The notes: generated by a model not told the origin, from the sequence alone. A stretch of DNA of 64,000 bases from Octopus bimaculoides (GCF_001194135.2 NC_068989.1:76951918-77015917), one strand, 5' to 3'; shown: positions 38,879 through 52,270, numbered from the stretch's first letter. A program made the numbers and translations.

Positions 38879-39867
38879 ACCAGGTAGCATTTTCAATCCC
38901 TGACTTCATTTACAGAATTTTGTTAATTATTTTCTGCATCGTAACTTATTTTATAAATATCAATAATCACGTTATCATTGCCATACATGCCACTACAATT
39001 CAAGATCGATGTATTTTAAAAGCTGTCGCTTTTATTTCGAATGCTACGTTGGTAAGAAGAGGCTTAAATGATGTCCAGTCTTGTTTTCTTCACCTCTATA
39101 ATCTAGACAAGAATATTCTTTTGTGGTTAGATGAATGCCACTTACTCTGTTTATATTAACTAAAAAATTGACGATATATCCTTGTGATACATTCTCCAGC
39201 TGAATATTATTTTAAGGATAAAATTACAACGTGTAATTGTATTTTCCTAAAACGTTCATCTAAACTTTTCACTGACAGCATTTTTAATGATATAATCAAC
39301 TACACCGATAGAATTATATTTCATTTTCTAAATATTATTTGCTTCAAAATTTCTAGTGGATGTAATTTTTTCGCTTCTGTACTATATTTTAAATTTTGTT
39401 TCGTTGATATTTTGTCATTATAAGAAGACTAGCTGCTGAGAGGTTACGCAGTATGCCGTTGTAACGAAAGAACTATTAGTTGAGGCGATATGTTAATTTA
39501 TTTATTTCATTATATCTTTAGTTTTGGAAATATTTTTGTTATTTTCATACGTATTCATCGAAAACAAGTAAGGTGAATTATTCTAAAAGCAAAGTAATTT
39601 AATTGTGTTAAGAATGTTACAGTATAGTTTTTATTCTTATCATAATAATAAGAAAAGTCATAAATACGTGCATGGATACGGAATCAGAAATTTAGAAAAA
39701 GATACTATATCTTAATCGCTCGAAACTGTTCAAATAACAAAAATATCACTATAAATTCATTTGAAACTTCAAATCATTCCATTGCTGGTCTTCATGGAAT
39801 ACTTTGGTGTAGAAATGATTTTAAAAAGGAGAACGTCTATTTATACATATGTATGTAGGTATTATGC

Positions 39868-39908
<41 letters not shown>

Positions 39909-39962
39909 NNNNNNNNNNNNNNNNNNNNNNNNNNNNNNNNNNATATATGTGTGTGTGTGTGT

Positions 39963-39998
<36 letters not shown>

Positions 39999-41634
39999 AT
40001 GTGTGTGTGTGTAAGTTTATGTGCAATTATATATTGGTGTGAATGTGTATATTTCTTATTGGATAGGTGGAAATTACGGATCTTGAATCATATATAATAT
40101 TTAGTATATGATATATAATATATACATACATATGTGTATTTGTTTACTTGGTTGTGTCGGTCGGTGTTCAACACTGTATGTTCAGTGTTGGAAGACATTT
40201 CAGTATAGGTCAGATTTAATAGGGCTTAGAGAAGGAAAATGCAACAACCATGGTAATTACAAAATATATTTCATGCTCTCTTTCATTGTATAGCCCACTC
40301 CCGAATCGATGTTGATTTCCATAAGTGAGATACTCAAATATTGCCAGTACCCAATACTCTTCAGATGCTAATCAGTACGAAAAGGACGTTGGTAAAATTT
40401 GTTTATATAATATAGTCCTAGATAGAAAATATTGAATTATGCAATACAATAGAAGATAGGTACAGGAACAGCATGATTAATGAAGCAAAACAAGCCAAAA
40501 AAAGAGGCAAACGAAATTCGCTTAAGAGTTATAGAAAATGTTTTACTCATTAGCATATATGTTTTGAACATATAAATATTTATTGAAAAGAAGGAAGAAA
40601 AAAAAAACTTCAGTTCATCATAGATAGCATTAATGAATCTCTGTCCTCTTGGCACATATTAATATTCAGCTGGCCATTATGTTAGTTTTTTTTTGTAGCC
40701 GTGTTATTAGTCTGAGTTTTTAAATAAATATAGAAAATTATCTTTTTAAATTTATATAATATATGATATCTTTTGTTATGTTTAGACGTCTGTCTGGCTA
40801 TAATTGTATTTCTTCAATTGTGTTTGCGATAATATGTAGATGTATATGTATGGTATTCTACACTGACAAATATGTTATTCTGTGCGTTTACACGTATGCC
40901 ACAGTTGTTGATGTAGTAATTGTTTACTGCTAGAATATGGTTTGTCAAAAAGACGTATTATCAATTGTCGAGCTACATCCTTCAACTAGTTATAATGTCC
41001 TCAGTATTGCATTACCTATTGTATACGAACTAAAACTATAGGATGTTATCTGAGACAGATTCAGTTGTTATTTACAGCAAGTTGGTACAGATCATTCAGG
41101 CTGTATCATTGGTTATGACATAAAATTGAAATCAATTCCACAGAATATTGTGTCTTTTATTTACTTATAACACACACACATACACACACATACATGCATA
41201 CACACGTCAACATAAACACTTACATACGTATATATACGTATACTTATAATATATATATTTAAGTATATATAGATGTGTGTGACTACATGTGTGTGAAATG
41301 AGGCTTTTATCTATTTAATTTAGGCATGTGTAGCTTTCCTCTAGAGAGTGAAATTCTGTCCATTGGCCATTTACGATATACGGTGGAAATTATATTATTT
41401 TTCCGACAAGACAAATCTTTCTCGTACTTTGTATATAAAAAAATGTGTACGCTAATTCAATATTTAGTTAATTGATTAGAAAAGCTCGATTAATATACAA
41501 TTTAAAAAGCTGCAAGAAAATTGAAATGAAAATGTCATTTCCATAATTATCGACAAAATATTTAGTGAAAATATCATTATTGAATACTAATATTTCCGAA
41601 ATGCGGTTGGGTGTGTATGTTGTGTTTGCATTCC

Positions 41635-41835
41635 TTGTACTTATTCCATCGGCCTCTTTAGCAGACATTTTTGTAGAGCTGCTAGGTAATCATGCCAACG
41701 CTGGTTGGCAAGTGGTGGTGTGGGACACACACACCCACACACACACATATATATATACTTGCCCAAGGTGCGACGCTCTAGGACTGAACTCAAAATAATG
41801 TCTTTGAGGAGCTAACTTCTTGCCACACAACCATA
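41635..41835 (-). mobile_element. Composite SINE remnant (A head + (TA)(TG)n + C)
   Basis: gtacttattccatcggcctcttt.. (C, reverse complement), then (CA)n, then cttgcccaaggtgcg..ggactgaactc..ccacacaacc (A head, reverse complement). Confidence 0.65.
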
Positions 41836-42813
41836 TCGGCTTATACCAAGCAGCAAATGCTGTTAACATATAAACGTTCTTCAAAGTTTGCTATATTAAC
41901 TGACTGGAGTTTATTACCTGCTAGTTTACGTGCAGCGGAATTTTAGCCTGCAGAGCAGTGGTAATTAGTAATTAGCACATGTTGAACTATACACAAGTTT
42001 ATGCGATAGTCCATACGCAAGTAAATCAAATGTTTGGACCACTTTATAATTAGAAGCTTAAAAACTTCTATATATAAATAATTAGATATACGATAACAGA
42101 GATTCCCGATAGTTTTATGATTAAGAGCAGTACTAAATTATATTTAAAGCTTTAATGTGAATTTTTCTTCTCTCTGCTGAATATTCCCGTCATGTTTTAC
42201 ATTACATGCTTTCGTTCACGAGGGCCATTTTTGTAAATTTACTATTGAGTGTTACTTTTGTACAAACTAGTGAACAATTAAACAATGTTCTTACTTTCTC
42301 TATCATAACTACATTCCGTGTGCAACTGGGTATTATTGTGAAAGACGTCTGCATAACCTAGCTGCTAAAGATGTAATTGTAGACGTTTAGAGCAGTTAAA
42401 ATAACCTCAGACAAAACACACTTTAATTGCATATATCTTTCCTTCTCTGTGGTTCTCTATCTGATTTTTGCTGGCAAGTATGATTCAAGGAAAACTCATT
42501 ACGGTGGATATAAGCATAATGTTAGTAACTCTGTAGTAATTAGCAGTTCAATGGTGGGGATATCCATCATGTTAATTATTCAGCTAACTGGAACTCACAT
42601 CTCTGATTAACATAGAGAATAACTACAATACTAATTGCAAATTGATTTCTCAAAAACCTTAAGTGCTGATAGAGATACATTCTATTTGATTATGAACGCA
42701 AATATATGCGATTGTCTACAAGCACTTTTGCTAGATGGGGTCAAAGTTTCATTCATACTGTTTGGTTAATTTATCTTACTTCAGTTTTGGTTTATATCTT
42801 TTGGTTATATGTA

Positions 42814-43271
42814 CAGGGGTTGCACAAAATAATCGAAACACCTAGCATCATGGCATAATAATTTTGAAATATCTATAAATCCGTCAAATCTTGTTAAATT
42901 TTGTGTTTTTTATTTATTATTAGTGTTACTTAATATGCTTTGCTAAAATTGCTGTTTCTTTTCAGATATCATCAGGGATAGGTAATTAAAATTCATTAAA
43001 ATGAGAGATCTATCAGACTTTCAAAGAGGTCAAATTGTTAGTGCTCGTATGGCAGGCACTAGCGTAACGAAAACAGCCGAAATGATTGGTGTATCAAGAG
43101 ACTGTTTTAGATGAAGAATGGAAAAAATTTCTTTGGAAACATTTCAAACTTCGTACGAGTCCATACCTCGTAGAGTTCAAGCTGTAATTACTGCCAAAGG
43201 CGGTCCTACCGCATATTAAAATAAATTTGTTTGAAATTTTAAGGTGTTTTCATTATTTTGTCCAAGCCTTG
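42814..43271 (+). mobile_element. Internally deleted Tc1-like element (458 bp) with intact TIRs and TA target-site duplication
   Basis: TA-caggggttgcacaaaataatcgaaacacct ... aggtgttttcattattttgtccaagccttg-TA; MRDLSDFQRGQIVSARMAGTSVTKTAEMIGVSR joined out of frame to TVLDEEWKKI..SIPRRVQAVITAKGGPTAY*. Confidence 0.95.
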
Positions 43272-43983
43272 TATATACGCATAACAATATGATATAATGT
43301 ACATATATGATATACGTTTAAGCTACAATTTTATTAGATATAAAGCTATATATGCTAATCAGTGTCTGCAGTAAAAATTATATTTCATTACAATCAATGC
43401 TTTCTTTCTGGAAAGATCGAAAAATCCATATAAAACGTATAAAATAGACTTTACTTTTTTATCAATGATTTATTAATATTTTCCTATGAGTATTAATTTT
43501 CATGATTAATAAAATTAATAGAACAGACAATATACGTTATTTCTCTATATGATAGCTCTGTAAAGATGTTCGCAAACAAATATAACAAAAATCATAATTA
43601 AAGCTGCTGATTGAAAATATTTGAAATATAACGGTGTAAAAATGTGTAAAAAGAAGATCAATAGTTTGGAATAATATGTGGCATACCTAATACCTAATAT
43701 CTAAATTTAAGAACAGGGAAATTCAAACCTGTAACTTTTAAAAATACATCGCAAAGAAATGCCCCGAATAATACAATTTGAAGTATAATATATAAAATAT
43801 AAGAATTGTACTTTTGTTTCTCAAGTTATATATTCCTTACACTAGTCGGTTTGCAATTTTACCTCAAAACTAACTCTCCTATATACTTTCCTGCTTCGGT
43901 AGTATACTTTATTTCTCCATATCTATCTATCTATCTGTCTGTCTGTCTGTCTGTCTGTCTGTATGTCTGTCTGTCTGTCTGTC

Positions 43984-44054
<71 letters not shown>

Positions 44055-44055
<1 letters not shown>

Positions 44056-44365
44056 ATCAAAATAGGCAACAAGTATATCCAGAGGTAATGCAGTACGATC
44101 TTTTCACGCAACTCTGTTTAATTGAACAATGCAATCATTACATCAGTTTAAATGCAGAGCAATCTTCAGCTGCATAAAGACAGAATTTAATTAAATTATA
44201 CTAATGTGTCCATCTGTTTTAATTTAATTAAATTCTATGTCTTAATGCAGCTGAGGATTGCTCTGCATTTAAATTGATGTAATGATTGCATTGTTCAATT
44301 CAATGCAGTTGCTTGAAACGATCGTACTGCATTAGCTCTGGATATCCTTGTTGCCTAATTTGATT
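44055..44365. repeat. Inverted repeat (foldback), ~145 bp arms, ~21 bp spacer
   Basis: 44055-44198 is the reverse complement of 44220-44365, roughly 90% identical by eye; abuts (TA)n on the left. Confidence 0.95.
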
Positions 44366-44458
44366 TTAATCACCTTATTTTGAAATTGTATGGATAATAC
44401 CATACGAAATTCTGGTGCCTCAACTTAAGTACTATATTCATCTGAATCTAAATATTTG

Positions 44459-44492
<34 letters not shown>

Positions 44493-44575
44493 GTATGTTT
44501 ATATGTATATATGTATGTATGCTTATATGTATATATGTATTGTTCTATATTTAAGATATGAGGAATTCTGTCCAT

Positions 44576-44720
44576 TAATTACATTATTTACATTCGACGG
44601 ATATTTGTCCTCATCTTGTTTGGTGTTAACATAACGTTTCGGCTGATGTACCATCCAGCCTTCTTCAGGTGTCTTGGGGAAATTTTGGACCTCGTTTCTC
44701 ATTCCTAAGGTATTTTTCGA

Positions 44721-44780
<60 letters not shown>

Positions 44781-44853
44781 CAGTTTTCAGGTCACTGCTT
44801 GGAATCAAACTCGGAATCTTGGGGTTAGTAGCCCGCGCTCTCAATCACTACGC
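44576..44853 (-). mobile_element. tRNA-headed SINE-like element: tRNA-like head + (AAT)n linker + hammerhead-containing tail
   Basis: Minus strand: gcgtagtgattgagagcgcgggctactaaccccaagattccgagtttgattcc (A/B boxes), (aat)n, then ..gacac CTGAAGA a GGCTGG..TCAGCC GAAA CGTT atgtt. Confidence 0.7.
44626..44675 (-). ncRNA. Minimal (Penelope-type) type I hammerhead motif, slightly decayed
   Basis: CUGAAGA + extra A, 6-bp stem II, GAAA, palindromic ACGU stem III, weak stem I gacac/augUU with one mismatch. Confidence 0.6.
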
Positions 44854-45194
44854 AATAATAATAATNNNNNNNNNNNNNNNNNNNNNNNNNNNNNNNNNNN
44901 NNNNNNNNNNNNNNNNNNNNNNNNNNNNNNNNNNNNNNNNNNNNNNNNNNNNNNNNNNNNNNNNNNNNNNNNNNNNNNNNNNNNNNNNNNNNNNNNNNNN
45001 NNNNNNNNNNNNNNNNNNNNNNNNNNNNNNNNNNNNNNNNNNNNNNNNNNNNNNNNNNNNNNNNNNNNNNNNNNNNNNNNNNNNNNNNNNNNNNNNNNNN
45101 NNNNNNNNNNNNNNNNNNNNNNNNNNNNNNNNNNNNNNNNNNNNNNNNNNNNNNNNNNNNNNNNNNNNNNNNNNNNNNNNNNNNNNNNNNNNNN

Positions 45195-45390
45195 CCCCCC
45201 CCCCCAACATCGCTTGACGACCGATGGTGGTGTGTTTACGTCACCGTAACTTAGCGGTTCGGCTAAAGAGCCCCATGGAATAAGTACTAGGCTTACAAAG
45301 AATAAGTCCTGGGGTCGATTAGCTCGACTAAAAGGCGGTTCTCCAGCATGGTCACATTCAAATGACTGAAACAAGTAAAAGAGTAAAAGT
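45195..45390 (+). mobile_element. SINE module C (tail), upstream part lost in gap
   Basis: ggtgtgtttacgtcaccgtaacttagcggttcggc..aataagtactaggcttacaaagaataagtcctggggtcgat..aaatgactgaaacaagtaaaagag; homologous to 63898-64000 and to the reverse-strand copies. Confidence 0.85.
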
Positions 45391-45399
45391 GTAAAAGAG

Positions 45400-45540
45400 T
45401 TAGGAATGAGAAACCAGGTTCGAAATTTCCACGAGGCACCTGAAGAAGGCTGGAGGGTATATCAGCCGAAAATTCCTATTAACAACAAACAAGACGAGGA
45501 CAAATATCCGTCGAATATAAATAATGTAAATAATGTATAT
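45400..45540 (+). mobile_element. Second, 5'-truncated copy of the hammerhead-containing tail (inverted relative to 44576-44708)
   Basis: ttaggaatgagaaacc..ggcac CTGAAGA aggctggagggtatatcagcc GAAA attcc..gaggacaaatatccgtcgaat; stem III is destroyed. Confidence 0.85.
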
Positions 45541-45870
45541 GTATGCATATTGCTATGGAAAATGGCATACATGTGGAGATGGGTGCATAGAGTGGAACGC
45601 GCTTTGTATTTTTTCCTAGCCCCCATATTTACCGAGAAATCGATTAAAACAGCCTGCATGCGTGTGTGTGTGTGTGAGTGTGTGTCACTGAAGCCATTCA
45701 TACATAGATACATGCATAACCACTCTCTCTCTCTCTCTCTCAGTCAATCACTCACTACAAAAACTGAATGGAAACATTTCAGTTATCTCTCTCTTTCTTC
45801 CCCCCTCTCTCTCTCTCATATACACACACACCATCAACATCACTCTCTCTGTCTCTTCCCACACACTATC

Positions 45871-46165
45871 TTACGATCGCGAAGTTGTGAGTTCGAATCC
45901 CGGACTGGGCTGCGTCTTGTGTTCTTGAGCAAGAAACTTTATTTCACGTTGCTCCAGTTCAGTCAGCTGTAGCAATGAGTTGCGACGTCAAAAGTGCCAA
46001 GCTGTATCGGCCCTTGCCTTTCCCTTGGATAACACTGGTGGTGTGGAGAGGCCGGTATGCATGGGCGACTGCTGGTCTTCCACAAACAACCTTGTCCGGA
46101 CTTGTGCTTGGGAGGGTAACTTTCTAGGTGCAATCCCATGGTCAGTCATGACCGAAGGGGGTCTC
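45871..46165 (+). mobile_element. tRNA-derived SINE with CORE-like central domain
   Basis: B box gagttcgaatccc, then ttgtgttcttgagcaagaaacttt..gctccagttcagtcagctgtagcaatgag (CORE-like), then a distinct tail. Confidence 0.7.
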
Positions 46166-46703
46166 AGCAGATATGATGGCTGCAAACTCGTGTTCGAGTG
46201 TTGCCATTTCTTGATCGAATGTTCCACAAATGTGAAGGATACGACCAGCCATTTTTGTAATAAGTCTTACTTTTCTTCAAGCGATACCGGTGCATGATGG
46301 GTTTTTTTTTAGTGGGGAAAAGATTTTCACAAATCCAAACCCACCTCTGAACATGAATTTCATAAAATCGAAAAGAAGTACTAGTCTACGTCATTGAATG
46401 TTGTCAGTGTTGTAGGTTTACTCTCTCCTACAGTTTCTCTCTCCCAGAGAGATGTTGTGACAACAGGAGGTGGGGCTCCCATACCCAGTGTTCCAACGGC
46501 GCACAAGGACACGAACCAAGGTATTTGCACGTTCAAGTGCCTACATACATGGCATAATACACATGTACACATATATACTTCTCATGAGACTTTGGAGCTT
46601 CTATTTTTCGTCCTGCTTGTTTAGTCGCCGACAACTCGACCATGCAACTGGTTGTTATGGGTTACTTATCAGTAACGCCCAAGTGCAACCACACATGAAT
46701 CTA

Positions 46704-46768
<65 letters not shown>

Positions 46769-47035
46769 ACAGTTGTTATGTCTCAACTATATAGATCACC
46801 TTCGGATGATCTCTACTCAACTGCTACACGACTGCTACTCAACAGCTATTCAACTCCGCTAACATGGCTAGACTACATCTATTTATATGTCTTGGGCGAT
46901 CCTACTTCTTCGCTTGGAGGCGTCAACGCAACAATAATATATACATATAAATATACATGCACATATATTCATGTAAACATAAATTTATATTGGCATAACC
47001 CACATAGAAATATGTGTATACTTATCTCTCTCCGT

Positions 47036-47097
<62 letters not shown>

Positions 47098-47915
47098 TTG
47101 TGTATGTGTGATTGTTTGTGTGTGTATGTCTAACTAAAATTACTAATGCTCACTTATTCCCACATCGTAATTACTCTCAGAGGGGAACCTTTACCTAAGT
47201 TCTCATGAAATTTTTATGACAATTATAAAATATTTATGATTTGTATTTCTCACTTTTATATCATCCAGCAAAATAAAACAGAATGATTTATTTTCTGATG
47301 CAAGATACAAAAGACATATGCATCTTATCTTATCTTGAGGCAAACATTGAGCTACATTATGATCTTGTACAACAGAAAAGTTTCTAATCAAGAATTGTGT
47401 GTGACTATCTACATTACTTTGATTATGTTTACAGCCATTTTAATAGTATATCGGTGTTCTTCATTGTATTATCTTTTTACGACCGAGATACATAGTTTGA
47501 ACAATAGTATCATTTAGGAATTCACACGCTGGGTGTCTTAAGAGTCTGTCGGTTGACAGAATTCACTTAAAATACCTAAGAATACTCATAAAGAACAACA
47601 AATTTATCCTGAGCCTTACCAGTTACTTCAGTCACGTTCGTCAAATTGAAGAGTATACGATGAATCATCTGCCAAGTGTTTTCGAATAAACAAAGTATAA
47701 ATTTAGGCATACACCGCATCAAAAATTTTAAGGTAATGTATAAATCCACCAGAAATGCTTCCAAAAGAATATTTCTCATAGAAAAACTGTCCCGTTTGTA
47801 AATGTTATCTCTAACATTAATGTACATTAAGGTATTTCTACAGAAACGTTTACGCTATTTGCGTTATAACTTCATATAAATTGCAATAAACGTACATATG
47901 TAGAAGTGCGTTCAT

Positions 47916-47962
<47 letters not shown>

Positions 47963-48120
47963 CGCGCGCGGACATGTACTTGATCATTTGAATAAAGTAT
48001 TCCCAACTGATTTAGCCAAAAGATATACAAACAAATCTACACTCAATCACAGGCTATTACATATAAAGGTATGTATGTATGTATGTATGCATGAATGTAT
48101 ATGTATGTATATATATATAC

Positions 48121-48165
<45 letters not shown>

Positions 48166-49668
48166 TATACATCTGTGTATATGTGTATATTGTTATATAT
48201 NNNNNNNNNNNNNNNNNNNNNNNNNNNNNNNNNNNNNNNNNNNNNNNNNNNNNNNNNNNNNNNNNNNNNNNNNNNNNNNNNNNNNNNNNNNNNNNNNNNN
48301 NNNNNNNNNNNNNNNNNNNNNNNNNNNNNNNNNNNNNNNNNNNNNNNNNNNNNNNNNNNNNNNNNNNNNNNNNNNNNNNNNNNNNNNNNNNNNNNNNNNN
48401 NNNNNNNNNNNNNNNNNNNTATATACACGAACATTCATACGTACGTAGATTAATATATACTTTCATATATACATGCCTTACATACATGCATGCATACATA
48501 CATACATACATGCATACATACATACATACATGCATACATAAAACATACATGCATTCATACATACATACAAACATGCATAGATACATAAATAAATACAGAG
48601 AAATGCATATGCATATACAGCTATAAAGATTTGTATTGTGTCTAATGTTTCCAGTTCATTTCTTACAAACAGATTCTAGTCATCCGTAAATAAAAGATAA
48701 ATATATAATTCAACATTTTCAATTTTAAGAAGGAAAGTAAATCTTGGAAGAAGCATTACTAAAATGTATAAATATCTCTGGATATATTTCGATCAATAGA
48801 GTTTCCAAATACGGTAAATTACCAATCAAATAATATCACCGAGATAATATATTCATAGAATAATTTCTGTTTGCATTGTCCAATAAACAAAAGTAGGAAG
48901 TATAGTATTCTTTGCAGCATCTTATTCTAATGAATATTTCTGGAGTTAGGTAGGAAGATAATTGAATAAAACTAATACATATATTTCAGAAAATCTTTTC
49001 GAATCTTGGGAGAATTTTGTGTCTTCTCTCTTGAATTGATATTAATTATTGATCGCATTTTATTGTAGTTAGCATATCGCTGTATTTACCCTGTTATAAT
49101 AAGAACATTTACATCCAAACCCGCTTTGATTTGACTTCTACAACCAAATAATCACCGATCATGATTTTACAGCTCTAGATGATGAATATACGACTGATAT
49201 TCTGATGTTCTATCAAACTAATGTTTTCCGGAATCTTGTAGTTTTCTTGGTTTATGGCGAGAAAGATTAATTTATCAGTCTGAACTTCCAGAAAATGTGT
49301 TTGAATACGTGAATAGTCAATAGATATATAAATATAAAGTAATGGAGCAAACTAGCACTAAGGTTTCGCCCTGGGCATAATTTCGTATATTATTTCAAAT
49401 ATACTGCTTGAGTTAAACTCTATTTTTTCTTGCTGTTCATATCATATTATCAAAATGCGAGGGCATGCCATTTAGAGAAATACGACTTCTGCCATTTACG
49501 TTGAGGTAAAATTTTGATGAATGTGACCATATATTTTGTGGATGAAATATATATAGCCAGTGGAAAGTAAAATTCGCCAAAATCAATGGTCATTATAAGA
49601 CTACTAGATATCTGAAAACATATTTTGCTGAATGCCTACAATAATATATCTTATCTCGTGTATATAAA

Positions 49669-49859
49669 GCGGTGAGCTAGCAGAATCTTTAACAACATGA
49701 TTATCGCTGTTTCGTCCGTCTTTACGTTCTGAGTTCAAATTTCGCCGAGGTGATTTTGGCTTCCATCATTTCGCAGTCGAAAACGTAAGTACTGGAATCG
49801 ATGTTATCGACTATATTCTCTACCACAAATTTCAGACCCTCTGCCGATATTAGAAAGGA
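49669..49859 (+). mobile_element. SINE family B, diverged
   Basis: gcggtgagctagcagaatc..tttcgtccgtctttacgttctgagttcaaatttcgccgagg. Confidence 0.8.
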
Positions 49860-50161
49860 TATATATATATATATATATATAAATTAAATATAGAGATATT
49901 CTATTGACAATCCAATCATTTATTTATATTACAATATTACATTAAATACTATGCACATAATATATAACATAACATGATATTATATAAATAATTATAAAAG
50001 CCAGATTGTTTCGACTTATATTATTTCTGATATACATAATCACAGTTCCATTATGCATATAGACATTTCAGGGTGTTTGATCCAGAAAAGACGAAATTTC
50101 GTGTGAAAGAACGGCTGGAGTGTAAAAAGTACATCTACATATACTCACATACAAACATACA

Positions 50162-50206
<45 letters not shown>

Positions 50207-50223
50207 ACACACACACACACACA

Positions 50224-50272
50224 CGACTGAAGGCGATGCTCCATCATGGACGCAGTCAAATGACTGAAAAGA
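50224..50272 (+). mobile_element. SINE module C 3' terminal fragment
   Basis: cgactgaaggcgatgctccatcatggacgcagtcaaatgactgaaa matches the end of 45195-45390. Confidence 0.7.
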
Positions 50273-52089
50273 ATATAATAATAAGGAATACATATATATA
50301 TATCTATCTATATATANNNNNNNNNNNNNNNNNNNNNNNNNNNNNNNNNNNNNNNNNNNNNNNNNNNNNNNNNNNNNNNNNNNNNNNNNNNNNNNNNNNN
50401 NNNNNNNNNNNNNNNNNNNNNNNNNNNNNNNNNNNNNNNNNNNNNNNNNNNNNNNNNNNNNNNNNNNNNNNNNNNNNNNNNNNNNNNNNNNNNNNNNNNN
50501 NNNNNNNNNNNNNNNNNNNNNNNNNNNNNNNNNNNNNNNNNNNNNNNNNNNNNNNNNNNNNNNNNNNNNNNNNNNNNNNNNNNNNNNNNNNNNNNNNNNN
50601 NNNNNNNNNNNNNNNNNNNNNNNNNNNNNNNNNNNNNNNNNNNNNNNNNNNNNNNNNNNNNNNNNNNNNNNNNNNNNNNNNNNNNNNNNNNNNNNNNNNN
50701 NNNNNNNNNNNNNNNNNNNNNNNNNNNNNNNNNNNNNNNNNNNNNNNNNNNNNNNNNNNNNNNNNNNNNNNNNNNNNNNNNNNNNNNNNNNNNNNNNNNN
50801 NNNNNNNNNNNNNNNNNNNNNNNNNNNNNNNNNNNNNNNNNNNNNNNNNNNATATATACATCTTTAGAAAATAATCATGAAGAGAGGGTGGCAAATTAAT
50901 CAAATCGAGACACCAAATATATGTTCCGAAAATGGTAGAAATGATTATCACTGATGCTATTACAGCACGATTAGTACATATTTGATCAATGGCTAAATGC
51001 AAGTGTCATAGAATTTCAGCTCTAAAGATAAAAGAGCTAAACTATACGCTCTACTTTATATATTTGTGTGCTTTATGATTTGAAAACCCACATTTCATGA
51101 ACGCATCGTCACAAAACGTAATAAAATTTACTAAAAATAGTAATTTTCTTTCCTAACAAGGAACTTAGAGGATTAATTACCAATGCACTATACCTTACTT
51201 AAGATAATAATACTAATCAAAACTTTGAAATCAATTAGGTTTCCGTTTTCTAAGGCTCATACATACGAATGCATCGAAATTTACGATGCAGAACATGTAA
51301 TGACGGGAGCTGTAATTTCTTATAATTACATTTCGTCTTCGGGAACCAATGCCAATGTCCAGCGCCTGATTATTCGAGATGAACAATTCTTTCTTTGTGT
51401 ACATTTTGTGTTCTTAAATGCTGAAGGAAGAACGACTAATGGCTAGCTTCAAACAGAACGGCAACCAAATTAAAGAACATATTTAAGTCAGCGAAAACAA
51501 TGCATGTATCAAGAGGATCATTGTAATTCAAATCAATTATGTATTACAACGCTTTAAACTATCTCGCAAAGTAGAACGGATGTTCAACCTTTTATTTACA
51601 TCCCGTGATATAGCTGATAATAGTTTCAGAAGAAAGCGTGTTTGGCTTTTCACTGCCGCACAACACTTAACACTCAGTATTGAACCCAACAACTAAAATA
51701 TACAGCATTCAGCAACCGGATAAGTTTTATTTACAAGGGAATAATCGCTCAGGTTTAAAAGGAGCCGCAATACTGATATATATATATATANNNNNNNNNN
51801 NNNNNNNNNNNNNNNNNNNNNNNNNNNNNNNNNNNNNNNNNNNNNNNNNNNNNNNNNNNNNNNNNNNNNNNNNNNNNNNNNNNNNNNNNNNNNNNNNNNN
51901 NNNNNNNNNNNNNNNNNNNNNNNNNNNNNNNNNNNNNNNNNNNNNNNNNNNNNNNNNNNNNNNNNNNNNNNNNNNNNNNNNNNNNNNNNNNNNNNNNNNN
52001 NNNNNNNNNNNNNNNNNNNNNNNNNNNNNNNNNNNNNNNNNNNNNNNNNNNNNNNNNNNNNATATATATATATATAAAATATATATATG

Positions 52090-52270
52090 ATAGGTCGCTA
52101 GCCACTACACACATTTTTTTTCTCCTTGTTTCTCTCCTTGTCTCTTTCTATGTTCCTTTCTGTGGAAGACCGTTCGCTGGAAACATTAAAGACTTTTTCA
52201 ATTCCCGAGCGTTATACTAATACATCGGTTTGTTTTCTACACCACCTACCTTCGTCTATTGTTGTTTTTT
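52090..52270 (+). repeat. Probable dispersed repeat with a decayed hammerhead-like topology
   Basis: cttt CTGTGGA a gaccgttcgctg GAAA catt aaag at 52156-52191; single copy here, family status recalled rather than shown. Confidence 0.3.

Noticed and set aside
44781-44853. tRNA gene
   Set aside because: No complete acceptor stem and an atypical ACT anticodon; better explained as a SINE head, as are the other A/B-box sequences
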